Positions 21,096-30,602 are shown, counted from the stretch's first letter. The stretch: 64,000 bases of DNA from an uncultured delta proteobacterium (GCA_963796685.1 CAWCMR010000015.1:384001-448000); one strand, 5' to 3'. Numbers and translations are program-made. Notes: generated by a model not told the origin, from the sequence alone.

Positions 21096-21901
21096 TTGAC
21101 TTCGCCGGCGTGGACCGGGACGACGGTGCCGTTGCCGGACCGGATCAGCAACGCGCCCGATGGGTCCACGCCCTCCGCGATGCCCTCGATGTGACGGCCA
21201 CCCCGTTCGATGGAGCACGGGCCGAGCACGGCGTGCTGGTTCCAGTTGGTCAGTGCGGCGACCGGGCCGTGGGCGATGAAATGGTCGTAGACGGGCTCGA
21301 AGGAGCGGACGAAAGCCACCAGCACTTCGCTGCGTTCGAGGAGCCGGCCGCGAGCGAGGCAAAGCGAGGTGGCGCGCGTGGCGAGCTCGGCGGGGAACCG
21401 CTCGGAGTTCACGTTGATGCCCACGCCGAGGACGATGTGGCGTACCCTGCTGCCCTCGCTGGCCATTTCGGTGAGGATGCCGGCGACCTTGCGCGGCCCG
21501 TCCGTGGTATCGAGCAGAAGGTCGTTTGGCCACTTGAGTCGCGGTGAAAAGCCGAGGCTCGCGAGCGCCGTGACCAGCGCGGCGCCGGCCAGCAGGGTTA
21601 GCGGCGCCGCTTGCTGCGCAGTCAGGGCGGGTCGAAGAAGGAGCGAGAAGGTCAGGTTCTCACCCGCGGGCGAAAGCCACACCCGCCCGCGCCGTCCGCG
21701 CCCGGCCGTTTGCTCGCCAGCCACCACCAACAGTCCTTCCTCGGCGCCGGCCAGCGCGCGTGTGGCGGTCTCGTCATTGGTCGAGGCGCAGGAAGGCAGG
21801 TACACGACCGGCCTCCCCAGGCGGCATGCCCCCATGGCGGCGAGCAGCGCCGAAGGCTCGAGATCGCGGAAGGTCACGCTTTGTTCCCGGCTAGCCCGCA
21901 T
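21068..21901 (-). CDS. birA: Biotin--[acetyl-CoA carboxylase] ligase
   Basis: STND, QTAGRGRRGRVW, LKWPNDL, KVAGIL, GVGINVN and AGEV. No N-terminal HTH is evident. Confidence 0.94.
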   Translation of the reverse strand: MRASREQSVTFRDLEPSALLAAMGACRLGRPVVYLPSCASTNDETATRALAGAEEGLLVVAGEQTAGRGRRGRVWLSPAGENLTFSLLLRPALTAQQAAPLTLLAGAALVTALASLGFSPRLKWPNDLLLDTTDGPRKVAGILTEMASEGSRVRHIVLGVGINVNSERFPAELATRATSLCLARGRLLERSEVLVAFVRSFEPVYDHFIAHGPVAALTNWNQHAVLGPCSIERGGRHIEGIAEGVDPSGALLIRSGNGTVVPVHAGEVNWLSPCVRS

Positions 21902-21980
21902 TATTCACCACGGTTGGATTGTCGGCGGCCATGATCAAACAGGCTGTCTCGTACTCACGGAAGGGGTGGCGGGCTAGCTC

Positions 21981-22120
21981 GTTTGTCATGCCCGCGAGGC
22001 TTCGCTGCCGGCGAAGCCGGCAGGCTCCGCACGCGTTTGTCATGGGAACCCTGGGAGGGTTCCCAAACCCTCCCGCGAGGCTTCGCTGCCGGCGAAGCCG
22101 GCAGGCTCCGCACGCGTTTG
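21981..22120. repeat. Two identical 49-bp direct repeats flanking a hairpin (REP-like)
   Basis: CCCGCGAGGCTTCGCTGCCGGCGAAGCCGGCAGGCTCCGCACGCGTTTG at 21991-22039 and 22072-22120. The spacer carries the GGAGGGTT-CCCA-AACCCTCC hairpin. Confidence 0.9.
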
Positions 22121-22978
22121 GTCGATGGCGATGTCCAGGGCCAGATCCACCGCCGGAGCGGAATGGGTGAGGGCGCCCGCGGAGACGATGTCCACCCCCG
22201 TGCGTGCCAGAATCGCTATCTGTTCCAGGGTTACCCCGCCAGATACTTCAAGTAATGGATGATGTTTTCGCGCGTGCGCCTTGGCCGTCGCTTTTTCGAT
22301 GTCGGGGAGGCTGAAATTGTCGAGGAGAACGATGTCCGCGCCGGCGTCCAGGGCCTCGTCGAGCTGTTCCAGCGAGTCGACCTCGACCTCGATCTTTAGG
22401 CCGTGCGGGATCTTGCCCCGCGTTCGGCGCACGGCTTCGCCGACCCCGCCCGCCACGGCCACGTGGTTGTCTTTGATGAGGACGCCCGAGCCCAGGTCGA
22501 AGCGATGGTTGCTCGCCCCGCCCATGCGAACCGCGTACTTTTCCAGCAAGCGAAAGCCGGGCGTGGTCTTGCGCGTGTCGGCGATGCGAAGAGCCGTACC
22601 AGACGCGGCGTCGACGAAGGCCCTGGACAGGGTGGCCACGCCTGACAGGCGCTGCACGAAATTGAGCGCCGTGCGCTCGGAGGCCAGCAGCGATGCCGCT
22701 CTGCCGGTATAGGTCGCCACCCGCGCGCCCGCCGCCAGTCGATCTCCATCCTTGGCCAGCTCGGTCGCCGCGATGGACGCGTCCACGTGCTCGAAGACCG
22801 CCGTGCAGATTCCCAGCCCGGCCAGCACCAGTGGTTGGCGCGTGACCAGATGGGCCGTGGCCGTGGCGCCCGCATCGATGACGGCCTGGGTGGTGACGTC
22901 GCCGCGGCCCAGATCCTCTTCGAGCGCCAGGTCGATGAGGCGGCGGACGGCGTGGGTGTTGAGCAACGCGTCGAGCAT
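22040..22978 (-). CDS. nadC: Nicotinate-nucleotide diphosphorylase (carboxylating)
   Basis: [44 protein letters not shown] and EVSGG. Confidence 0.96.
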   Translation of the reverse strand: MLDALLNTHAVRRLIDLALEEDLGRGDVTTQAVIDAGATATAHLVTRQPLVLAGLGICTAVFEHVDASIAATELAKDGDRLAAGARVATYTGRAASLLASERTALNFVQRLSGVATLSRAFVDAASGTALRIADTRKTTPGFRLLEKYAVRMGGASNHRFDLGSGVLIKDNHVAVAGGVGEAVRRTRGKIPHGLKIEVEVDSLEQLDEALDAGADIVLLDNFSLPDIEKATAKAHARKHHPLLEVSGGVTLEQIAILARTGVDIVSAGALTHSAPAVDLALDIAIDQTRAEPAGFAGSEASREGLGTLPGFP

Positions 22979-23090
22979 GAGGCGAGCATAGCGTGCCTGA
23001 GCGGGTTGCGGAACTGGTCGTGGAGGCGTTCAAGCCCCGCACAGCCCAGCACGTTGACTACCGGGTACGTCCGCGGTAGGTACGACGCAA

Positions 23091-23654
23091 ATGCGGGTCA
23101 CAGCCGGTGCCGAACGCGGGCGCAAGCTTAGGGCGCCTCGGGGTGCCACAACCCGGCCCACCGGGGCAAAAGTGCGCGAGGCCATCTTCAACATTCTGGG
23201 GCCGCTGTCGCCGAATCCCGTGCTCGACCTGTTCGCCGGTACAGGGGCCCTGGGGATCGAGGCCTTGTCGCGTGGCGCCAGCCGGGCCACGTTCATCGAG
23301 CGCGATCAACGGGCCCTTGCCGCGCTTCATCGCAACCTACGCGAGTTCAACCTGGCCGAGCGGGCCCGCGTGCTGGACAGCAGGGTGGCTGCCGCCCTGC
23401 AACGTCTGTCGGATGAAAAGGGCGACAAGTTCAGTTGGGTCTTCGTGGATCCGCCCTATGCCGCGGGTGAGGTCGAGCCCGTGCTTGCCTTGCTCGCTGG
23501 CGGCAAGGTCTTGGACAACGGCGCCGTGGTTATCGTGGAGCACGACCGGCACCATCTGCCACCGGAGAGGGTCGGCGCCCTCGAAATGGTCGATCGTCGA
23601 TTCTACGGCGACACCGGCGTCTCGTTCTATCGCTGTCAGTGGGAGCTCGCCTAG
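23091..23654 (+). CDS. rsmD: 16S rRNA m2G966 methyltransferase
   Basis: TRPT..KVREAIFN, LDLFAGTGALGIEALSRGA, DPPY and YGDT. Confidence 0.95.
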   Translation: MRVTAGAERGRKLRAPRGATTRPTGAKVREAIFNILGPLSPNPVLDLFAGTGALGIEALSRGASRATFIERDQRALAALHRNLREFNLAERARVLDSRVAAALQRLSDEKGDKFSWVFVDPPYAAGEVEPVLALLAGGKVLDNGAVVIVEHDRHHLPPERVGALEMVDRRFYGDTGVSFYRCQWELA

Positions 23655-24154
23655 TGCCGGCCCGCAGACGCCTGGTCGCCATCTACCCAGGGACCTTCGA
23701 CCCCATCACCAATGGACACTGGGACATCATGCGCCGGGCGCTCGGCCTGTTCGATCAGGTCGTCGTGGCCCTGGCCGTGAACGTCAACAAGCGGCCGCTC
23801 TTTCCCTTGGCCACTCGCACGCGCATGATTCGCGACGTCGTGGGCGGCAACGATCGCGTGAAGGTGGAGGCGTTCCATGGTCTGTTGGTGGACTTCGCCC
23901 GCGCGCGTGGCGCCCGGTTCTTGATTCGAGGTCTACGCGCGGTGGCCGATTTCGAATACGAGTTTCAGTTCGCGCACATGAACCGCCAGCTGGCCCCGGA
24001 CATCGAGACCATCTTCCTGCCCACCAACGAGGAGAATTTCTACGTCTCCTCTTCGCTGGTCAGAGAGGTCGGGACGATGGGAGGCGACGTCTCGCGATTG
24101 GTGCCCAAGGCCATCATGCCGACGTTAAAGAAGAAGTTTAGAAAGATTCCATAA
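23654..24154 (+). CDS. coaD: Pantetheine-phosphate adenylyltransferase
   Basis: YPGTFDPITNGH, RGLRAVADFEYE and VSSSLVRE. GTG start overlaps the rsmD stop. Confidence 0.96.
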   Translation: MPARRRLVAIYPGTFDPITNGHWDIMRRALGLFDQVVVALAVNVNKRPLFPLATRTRMIRDVVGGNDRVKVEAFHGLLVDFARARGARFLIRGLRAVADFEYEFQFAHMNRQLAPDIETIFLPTNEENFYVSSSLVREVGTMGGDVSRLVPKAIMPTLKKKFRKIP

Positions 24155-24155
24155 T

Positions 24156-25358
24156 ATGCCGCCTAGACTAGCGAATCGTCTGTCATCCGTGTCGCCGTCG
24201 ATGACCATGAAGGTGACCGCGAGGGCGGCCGAGCTGCGCGCCCAAGGCATCGACGTCATCAGCTTTGGCGCGGGCGAGCTGGACTTCGACACGCCAAGCT
24301 ACATCAAAGAGGCGGCCAAGAAAGCCCTGGATAGGGGGGCCACCAAGTACACCGCGGTAGAGGGTACGCCCGAGCTGCGCAAGGCGGTGGCCGGCTGGTT
24401 CGCCAAGGCGCACGGTTTCGAGGTGTCCGCTGGCGAGGTCATGGTCAGCGCTGGCGCCAAGCAGGTCATCCACAACGCCTTTCACACGCTCCTCGATGCG
24501 GGCGACGAGGTCATCCTGCCCGCCCCGTGCTGGGTCAGCTACGCCGAGATCGCCAAGCTGGCTGGCGCCACGCCGGTGCCGGTTCTGTCCCGCGCCGAAG
24601 ACGATTTCGCGGTGGATCCCGACGCCATCGCGCGGGCCATCACGCCTGCCACGCGCGTAATCGTGCTTTGCTCGCCTTCCAACCCGACCGGCGCCGTCTA
24701 CGACGAGGGCAGCCTGCGCGCCATCGCCAACCTGGCAATCGAGCACGACCTTTGGCTTTTGACCGACGACATCTACCGCAGCCTCTGCTACGGCGGCGCC
24801 CGCTGCGTGCAACCGGCCACCTTCAGCCCGGCGATTCGCAAGCGCACCGTCATCGTGGATGGCGTATCCAAGACTTTCGCCATGACCGGGTGGCGTATCG
24901 GGTTTTGCCTTGCCCCACCTGCGGTCATCGAGGGCATGGCCACGCTGCAAGGGCAATCGACGACCAACGCGGCCGCGGTCAGCCAGGCGGCGGCGCTGGC
25001 CGCCATCGTGGGCCCCGGCACCGAGATCGAGGCCATGCGCCAGGAGCTCGACAAGCGGCGCAAGTGCATGTTGTCGGCTCTGCGGGCCATGCCCGGCATC
25101 GCCTGCACCGAGCCCAAGGGCGCCTTCTATGCGTTCCCCGACGTCTCGGCGTTTCTGGGCAGGCGCACCAAGCAGGGCCGCCCCGTCGAGGACGATCTGG
25201 CTTTGTGCCAGTACCTCATCGAGGAAGCCAGGATCGCGGTCGTTCCCGGCTCGGCCTTCTTCGCGCCAGGGTTCATTCGCCTTTCCTTTGCCACGGCCCA
25301 GGTCAACATCGAGACGGGCCTGGCGCGCATGGCGCAAGCGCTGTCCGCGCTGGAATAG
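24156..25358 (+). CDS. PLP-dependent class I/II (aspartate-type) aminotransferase
   Basis: GELDFDTP, GAKQ, SPSNPTG, DDIY, SKTFAMTGWRIG and GAFY. Confidence 0.93.
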   Translation: MPPRLANRLSSVSPSMTMKVTARAAELRAQGIDVISFGAGELDFDTPSYIKEAAKKALDRGATKYTAVEGTPELRKAVAGWFAKAHGFEVSAGEVMVSAGAKQVIHNAFHTLLDAGDEVILPAPCWVSYAEIAKLAGATPVPVLSRAEDDFAVDPDAIARAITPATRVIVLCSPSNPTGAVYDEGSLRAIANLAIEHDLWLLTDDIYRSLCYGGARCVQPATFSPAIRKRTVIVDGVSKTFAMTGWRIGFCLAPPAVIEGMATLQGQSTTNAAAVSQAAALAAIVGPGTEIEAMRQELDKRRKCMLSALRAMPGIACTEPKGAFYAFPDVSAFLGRRTKQGRPVEDDLALCQYLIEEARIAVVPGSAFFAPGFIRLSFATAQVNIETGLARMAQALSALE

Positions 25359-25386
25359 GGAGACGTTCGCGAACCGCCGACCGCAC

Positions 25387-26775
25387 CTACTGGCTCGACG
25401 TCATCGCGGTGCGCTTGCGCCGCAGCTTCTCGACCAGCGTGGTGCGGTTGAGGCCCAGAAGCTCGGCCGCGCGGTTCTTGTTCCCCCCCGTGCGCTCCAG
25501 AGCCTCCGCGATCATGCGATCCTCGACCGATTCCAGAATCGATCGAAGGTCGGTTCCGTCGCTGGGCAGGTCGGGCATGGGCGTGAGCGGGGTGACGCGA
25601 CCGTGCGAAGCCTGGCGCAGGTTGGGCGGCAAATCCGTCAGTCCGATGGCTCCTGATCCCTTCAGAATGACCAGGCGTTCGATCAGGTTCTCGAGCTCGC
25701 GAATATTGCCCGGCCAGGGATAGCGCTTGAGCGCGGCCAAGGCTTCCGGTTGCAAGCCGAGAACGCTGCGTCGATTCTTCTCGTTGAAGCGGCGAATGAA
25801 GTATTCGCACAAGAGGGGAATGTCGCTGGCGCGATGGCGCAGCGGCGGAACCTCGATGGGGATGACGTTCAGGCGCCAGAAGAGATCGGCGCGAAACCGG
25901 CCCGAGGCCACGTCGGAATCGAGCTTGCGATTGGTCGCCGCCAGGATGCGGACGTCTATCCTCTGATCGATTTCGTCGCCCACGGGGCGCAAGACGCCGT
26001 CCTGGATCAGTCGCAGCAGCTTGGCCTGCACCGCCAGCTCCATCTCGCCGATTTCGTCGAGCAGGATGGTGCCGCCGTCGGCTTCGGCGAATCGCCCCAC
26101 GCGCGAAGAGGTGGCGCCCGTGAATGCGCCACGCGAGTGGCCGAACAGCTCGGATTCGACGAGGTTGACCGGGATGGCGGCGCAGTTGACGGCCACGAAC
26201 GGTTTCTTGGCACGGGAAGACCCCGCGACCAGGGAGCGCGCGACCAGCTCTTTTCCGGTCCCCGAATCGCCGGTGATGAGCACGGTGCAGTTGGTGTCCG
26301 CCACCTGCGCGAGCAACGAGAGCACGCTGACCATGGCCGGGTCGCTGCCCAGCAGCCAGGGCGCGTGTCGGTCACGCCACGCGATGGGGTCGGGACCGGA
26401 TGACGGGATCAGGGTGTTCGAGAACCCGAGAGCGCTGGCCAGGACCTCTTCCAGGCTGCGCAGCTCGACCGGTTTGACCAGAAAATCGCGTGCGCCGGCG
26501 CGCATCGCGCGAACTGCGTCGGTGACTTCTGCGCTGCCACTCATCACGATGACGGGGGTCATCGGAGATCTCAGCCGAACCGCGTCCAGAATACCGAAAC
26601 CATCCACGCCGGGCATGCGCAGATCGGTCACGACGGCGTCGAAGTTCTCACGCTCGAGTCGTTCGAGCCCGCCGGGACCATCCGCGGTAACCACCTCGTA
26701 CGAGACGGTACGGAGAAGTCGCGCCATTCCTCGGCACAGAGCTTCTTCGTCGTCACAGAGCAAAACCTTCGCCAT
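25387..26775 (-). CDS. Sigma-54-dependent response regulator (NtrC family)
   Basis: Receiver (DD, DLRMP, K), GDSGTGKE, ESELFGH, GAFTGA, WPGNIREL and Fis-type HTH. Confidence 0.95.
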   Translation of the reverse strand: MAKVLLCDDEEALCRGMARLLRTVSYEVVTADGPGGLERLERENFDAVVTDLRMPGVDGFGILDAVRLRSPMTPVIVMSGSAEVTDAVRAMRAGARDFLVKPVELRSLEEVLASALGFSNTLIPSSGPDPIAWRDRHAPWLLGSDPAMVSVLSLLAQVADTNCTVLITGDSGTGKELVARSLVAGSSRAKKPFVAVNCAAIPVNLVESELFGHSRGAFTGATSSRVGRFAEADGGTILLDEIGEMELAVQAKLLRLIQDGVLRPVGDEIDQRIDVRILAATNRKLDSDVASGRFRADLFWRLNVIPIEVPPLRHRASDIPLLCEYFIRRFNEKNRRSVLGLQPEALAALKRYPWPGNIRELENLIERLVILKGSGAIGLTDLPPNLRQASHGRVTPLTPMPDLPSDGTDLRSILESVEDRMIAEALERTGGNKNRAAELLGLNRTTLVEKLRRKRTAMTSSQ

Positions 26776-27092
26776 ACAGATAGCCTCGAAGCGGCATTAC
26801 ATTCTACACGCTGACTCAACCAGAGGTACAGACAGCTTGTAGAGCTCACGCCGGAAACCGACGTAGTGTGACGTATCGGGGAGTGCAGGTCAACAAACTC
26901 GGACGCCCTTTTGTCGATAGTCGCGCGTGCCTTCTGGCTCTCGCGCCCGGCGTCTTGTTCGATTCCTTGCCGGATGTCTTGCGTCTCACCTGTCTCGACA
27001 TCCCGTATCACGCTCTTGTATCGCGCATGGGGATCCACGGTCGCCCTCTCGTATCACTTGCCTGCGACTTCCTGCGTGCGTATACCCCGTGC

Positions 27093-28919
27093 ATGGCGGA
27101 TCCCGTACGCACGCTCTTGCTCGAGATCGAGGAACAGTGTGAGCAAACACCCGGCTGCGAGCTGGCCAAGGCGCAGGGGGGCGAGTCTCGACTTGGCAAG
27201 TTGAGGACGCTCTTTTCTGGCGCAGTCTCCCCCGGATACGCAGCCTTCGCCGATCGCTACGACGGGGGAAAGCTGGCGCGCCCGAGCCCGGCGCTCGGCG
27301 AGCCTTCGCAGGAAGGCTCCTCGAAGGAGGCTTCCTGCGAATCCTCGGAACCATCGCCGGACGAAGGCGTGTACCTGCACCTCCTCGGATTCGAGGAGTC
27401 TCAGCGTATCTTGCGCGAGGCCGCACACCCTCAAGACTGGAAGGGGCTGTGGCCGGTGGCACGGCGTGGATTGCGTATCTTTGCGCTCGACTTCGAGGCC
27501 AGTCCCGACGGAGAGCAGCCGGTGGTGGAAGTGGGCGACCGCAGCGTGGACCGAGTGGGCAGCAGCTTTCTGCGCTTCCTATCGGCGTGCCTGGGAGAGA
27601 TCGCGCTCGGTGAAAACGCCGAAGCGCAAGTCCTGGCGCGCGAGCTGTGCCGCAGGGATCCCGGGCTGGCGGAACACTGGGTGCACCTCATCGACTTTCT
27701 CGAGGACGCCGGGCACAAGAGCGAGATCGACACGGTCCTCGACGAAGCCCTCCGCTGCGCCAGCCCGCCGGGGCCAGCCCTGGTCATCCAAGTAGCCTTG
27801 CGCGCCCTCGACAAGGGCGAGACCGGCCGAGCGCTGGCCGCCATCGAGGACGCGCTTGGGCTGGAGCCGCTCACGGCACGTGACGACGATGCTCGCTTGG
27901 ACGCAGCCGCGATCCTGCTGGTGCTGGCGAACCAACGTGGCGACAGCAAGGGCAAGCAGCGTGCCTTGGAGGCGCTGGGAGGCGCCGCCGCATCGACAGG
28001 GGCCTATTGGCGCGGCGAGGCCTTGCGCGCCCACGTCCTTGGCGATCTACCTCGGGCGAAGCTCGCGGGACAGGTTGTCGGGGTCCTGATCGAGGGTGAC
28101 GAGGATTTGCCACGTCTGGCGCAGCCCAATCCCAACCTTACGTCCGCCTTGCGTGCGCTGCTCAAGGCCCGCGATGCGCTGGAACAAGGCGAGCTCGACG
28201 AAGCCGTCCGCCAGGCCCGCATCGCGGTGGGCGAGCGGCCGGATCTCGGCGTATGCCAGGCGGTGCTCGCCGAAACCCTCAATGCTACGAGAGACCGCGG
28301 CGCGCTCGACGCCGCCCGGCGCGCAACCGAGCTGAACCCCGCGCTGGTCGACGGCTGGCGCGAGCTGGGCGATGCATACATGGAAGCACGCCAGGCCGGC
28401 AAGGCCGAGGCCGCTTATCGCGAGGCGCTGGCGCGCGACGAGAGCTATGCCCTGGCGCGGGCCAAGTTGGCGCAAGCGCTCCTCGAACAGGGGCGATCGC
28501 GCGAGGCCCTGGAGATGGCGCTGGCGGCGGAAGATCGGGGAGGGGATGCGTTCATGGTCGCCGCCATTCGCGGCGACATCCTGGCCGAAATGAGCCGCCA
28601 TGACGAAGCCGCGGAATCCTACGATCGGGCGTTGCACATGGAGCCGGAGGACCACTGGATTCTTCATCAGGCCGCCATCGCCCACAGCCGCGCCGGCAAC
28701 GACGACCGCGCCGCCGACCTATTCGAACAGGCGCTGCGCTACGACCACGATGGCTGCCACCAGACTCTCGTCGACTACGGCGATCTCTTGCGCCGGGTGG
28801 GCCGCATCGGCGACGCGGTCCGCATGTACCGCAAGGCCGTGGCCGCCGTGCCGAACGATCCTGACTGGCGGCGCGTGCTGCGCGAAGCCGAGCGCGAGCT
28901 CATGGCCGCGCCGAACTGA
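27093..28919 (+). CDS. SMI1/KNR4-like N-terminal domain plus TPR-repeat protein
   Basis: ATG at 27093. PGYAAFADRYDGG...FALDF...GEQPVVE...VGSSFLRFL resembles the SUKH fold; many TPRs follow. Confidence 0.7.
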   Translation: MADPVRTLLLEIEEQCEQTPGCELAKAQGGESRLGKLRTLFSGAVSPGYAAFADRYDGGKLARPSPALGEPSQEGSSKEASCESSEPSPDEGVYLHLLGFEESQRILREAAHPQDWKGLWPVARRGLRIFALDFEASPDGEQPVVEVGDRSVDRVGSSFLRFLSACLGEIALGENAEAQVLARELCRRDPGLAEHWVHLIDFLEDAGHKSEIDTVLDEALRCASPPGPALVIQVALRALDKGETGRALAAIEDALGLEPLTARDDDARLDAAAILLVLANQRGDSKGKQRALEALGGAAASTGAYWRGEALRAHVLGDLPRAKLAGQVVGVLIEGDEDLPRLAQPNPNLTSALRALLKARDALEQGELDEAVRQARIAVGERPDLGVCQAVLAETLNATRDRGALDAARRATELNPALVDGWRELGDAYMEARQAGKAEAAYREALARDESYALARAKLAQALLEQGRSREALEMALAAEDRGGDAFMVAAIRGDILAEMSRHDEAAESYDRALHMEPEDHWILHQAAIAHSRAGNDDRAADLFEQALRYDHDGCHQTLVDYGDLLRRVGRIGDAVRMYRKAVAAVPNDPDWRRVLREAERELMAAPN

Positions 28920-29063
28920 CACGGGTGTCTCTGGATCTTTCCAAACCCGCCGGGAACGTGCTATCCCTGTCTCCTTCCTGCCCGAATGCGTACACTACGA
29001 GAACCAGGCAGGAAGACACTGCAGTAGAACGACTAGCCTAAATCAGCGTCCGGTATACGTTTC

Positions 29064-29104
29064 GCGCGAGTAGCTCAGCTGGTAGAGCATCGGCTTCCCA
29101 AGCC
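29064..29104 (+). repeat. attL: 41-bp 5' half of tRNA-Gly(CCC)
   Basis: GCGCGAGTAGCTCAGCTGGTAGAGCATCGGCTTCCCAAGCC is identical to 41383-41423; the sequences diverge within the 3' strand of the anticodon stem. Confidence 0.95.
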
Positions 29105-29179
29105 TCGCAACGCTGCGCAGCGCTGACCAACGGTGAGCAGAGAACCGCAGGCACCAAGCGGACTTACAAGAGAATCACG

Positions 29180-29215
29180 ACCGGGTGCGTGCTCACGGGT
29201 GCGCACCCGGTTTTT
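29180..29215 (+). terminator. Intrinsic terminator downstream of attL
   Basis: ACCGGGTGCG-N12-CGCACCCGGT followed by a T-tract. Confidence 0.7.
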
Positions 29216-29272
29216 CATGAATGAGCACCCAAACGGCAACGAATGACGTCAAGGTGGTGACACGAGGGCCGC

Positions 29273-29758
29273 CTACTTGGAGGCGTCCCTAATTGGCTCG
29301 TCGACGACGATGAGCGAGCACTCTGCTTTTCCGCAGACGTTCGCCAGGTCGCCGCCGGCGAACTGAAACGCGATCTGGACATTGGAGGCATAGGGCGCCA
29401 ACTCCTGGCAAGCCGCGAGCGACGCGGCCGACTTCTGTGTTTCGCGATTCAAGGCGTTCGCGTGGATACAGATCACCCCACCGCGGTGGGAGGCGTTGGT
29501 AAGCCAGACGTGGCCTGTGGCCGTGGTGCGGTTGAGGGAGCTCATGAAGGGCCCGACTGACTCAATGGAAATCACGGCCGGGTTCTTGGGTCTCAGGGCC
29601 TCTTCCAACTTCGCTTGAGTCTGGCGCAACGACTCATGCAGGCCGGCGTCCTCGCGGCGCTGATTTGCGTACGACAGGGGTACGCCAACGAGGAGCAACG
29701 AAATCGAAAACCACAGAACAAGCCTTCCCAGTTTCTCGAGACGATCGATCCACGGCAT
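29273..29758 (-). CDS. Hypothetical membrane-anchored protein (element cargo)
   Basis: GGAGG RBS, N-terminal TM, short coiled coil and four Cys in the C-terminal domain. Confidence 0.7.
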   Translation of the reverse strand: MPWIDRLEKLGRLVLWFSISLLLVGVPLSYANQRREDAGLHESLRQTQAKLEEALRPKNPAVISIESVGPFMSSLNRTTATGHVWLTNASHRGGVICIHANALNRETQKSAASLAACQELAPYASNVQIAFQFAGGDLANVCGKAECSLIVVDEPIRDASK

Positions 29759-29884
29759 CTTGAGGGGCCTCCCTTCGGAGAGGGTAAGCGCGGCCTACAG
29801 ATGAAACCCGCGTTTGGTCGCTCACGATTGTCGACCCAGTTCTTCACCGTGTCAAACGGGTCCCTTCTGCCTCAAGCGCAGCGA

Positions 29885-30448
29885 CTACTGCGTCCCGGAT
29901 TTTAGGCTCCGCCGTTCGACGTCGCGGCTCAGCGGTGGTAGCTGGACTGCTTTCCTGATCACGTCGCCAGCCTGGTAGATCTTGTCCCAATAGCCCGAAA
30001 GGTCCCTGCCCGTACTGCGAAGCTCTCTGACGGAGGCCGCCGCGTGTAGAGCCTCGCGGAAGGCGCTCCCGGCCTCTTCCGAGAGATAGAGACAGTGCTT
30101 GTCCCACCAGGTATCGCACCGCTGGATGAAAACGAACCCGTCATCTTTTGTGGCCTCGCTCGAGAGCTGCCGCCAAAGGAAATACGCCGTCTGGTGCGCC
30201 TGAAGGCGCCTGTCCAGCGCGGCCATGCTGAGCTGGTGACGTCTCTGCACAGCCTCTCGGATCAAGGTCTTCTCGTGTATCAGCGTGTGGAGATTTTCAG
30301 CGTACTCTGCGCGAACCTCCTCGACCTTGCGGGTGATCTCGGCGGTGTCCTCCTTGGTCGCGAGATTCTCGCCCTTCTTCCTGAGATACGACCTGAAGTA
30401 GAGAGCGGCGAGAACAACAACGATCGTCAAGATGTAGTTGGCTACCAT
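29885..30448 (-). CDS. Hypothetical single-TM protein with YLRKKGENLATKED motif (element cargo)
   Basis: N-terminal TM followed by SYLRKKGENLATKEDTAEITRKVEEV, a motif I recall from uncharacterised mobile-element proteins. Confidence 0.75.
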   Translation of the reverse strand: MVANYILTIVVVLAALYFRSYLRKKGENLATKEDTAEITRKVEEVRAEYAENLHTLIHEKTLIREAVQRRHQLSMAALDRRLQAHQTAYFLWRQLSSEATKDDGFVFIQRCDTWWDKHCLYLSEEAGSAFREALHAAASVRELRSTGRDLSGYWDKIYQAGDVIRKAVQLPPLSRDVERRSLKSGTQ

Positions 30449-30602
30449 TGCGAAAGATTCTCTCCCCGGCCGACAAGACCGTCAAACGCGGCGCGAACCG
30501 CAATAGGCTCGCGCCCGAGGCCGGGGCGCGAGAGCTTGGCTGTTCTGGCTCTGGCACTCCGCGGGGTGCGCGAACGGGGGCCCGCAGGCCCGAAAGCGGC
30601 AT

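Noticed and set aside
21991-22120. Possible mini-CRISPR (repeat, 32-bp spacer, repeat)
   Set aside because: Only two 49-bp repeats, the spacer is itself a palindrome, it overlaps nadC, and there are no cas genes or leader.
26870-27060. Recurrent GTATC(A/G)C words in the divergent intergenic region
   Set aside because: Short and irregularly spaced; not distinguishable from chance without comparative data.
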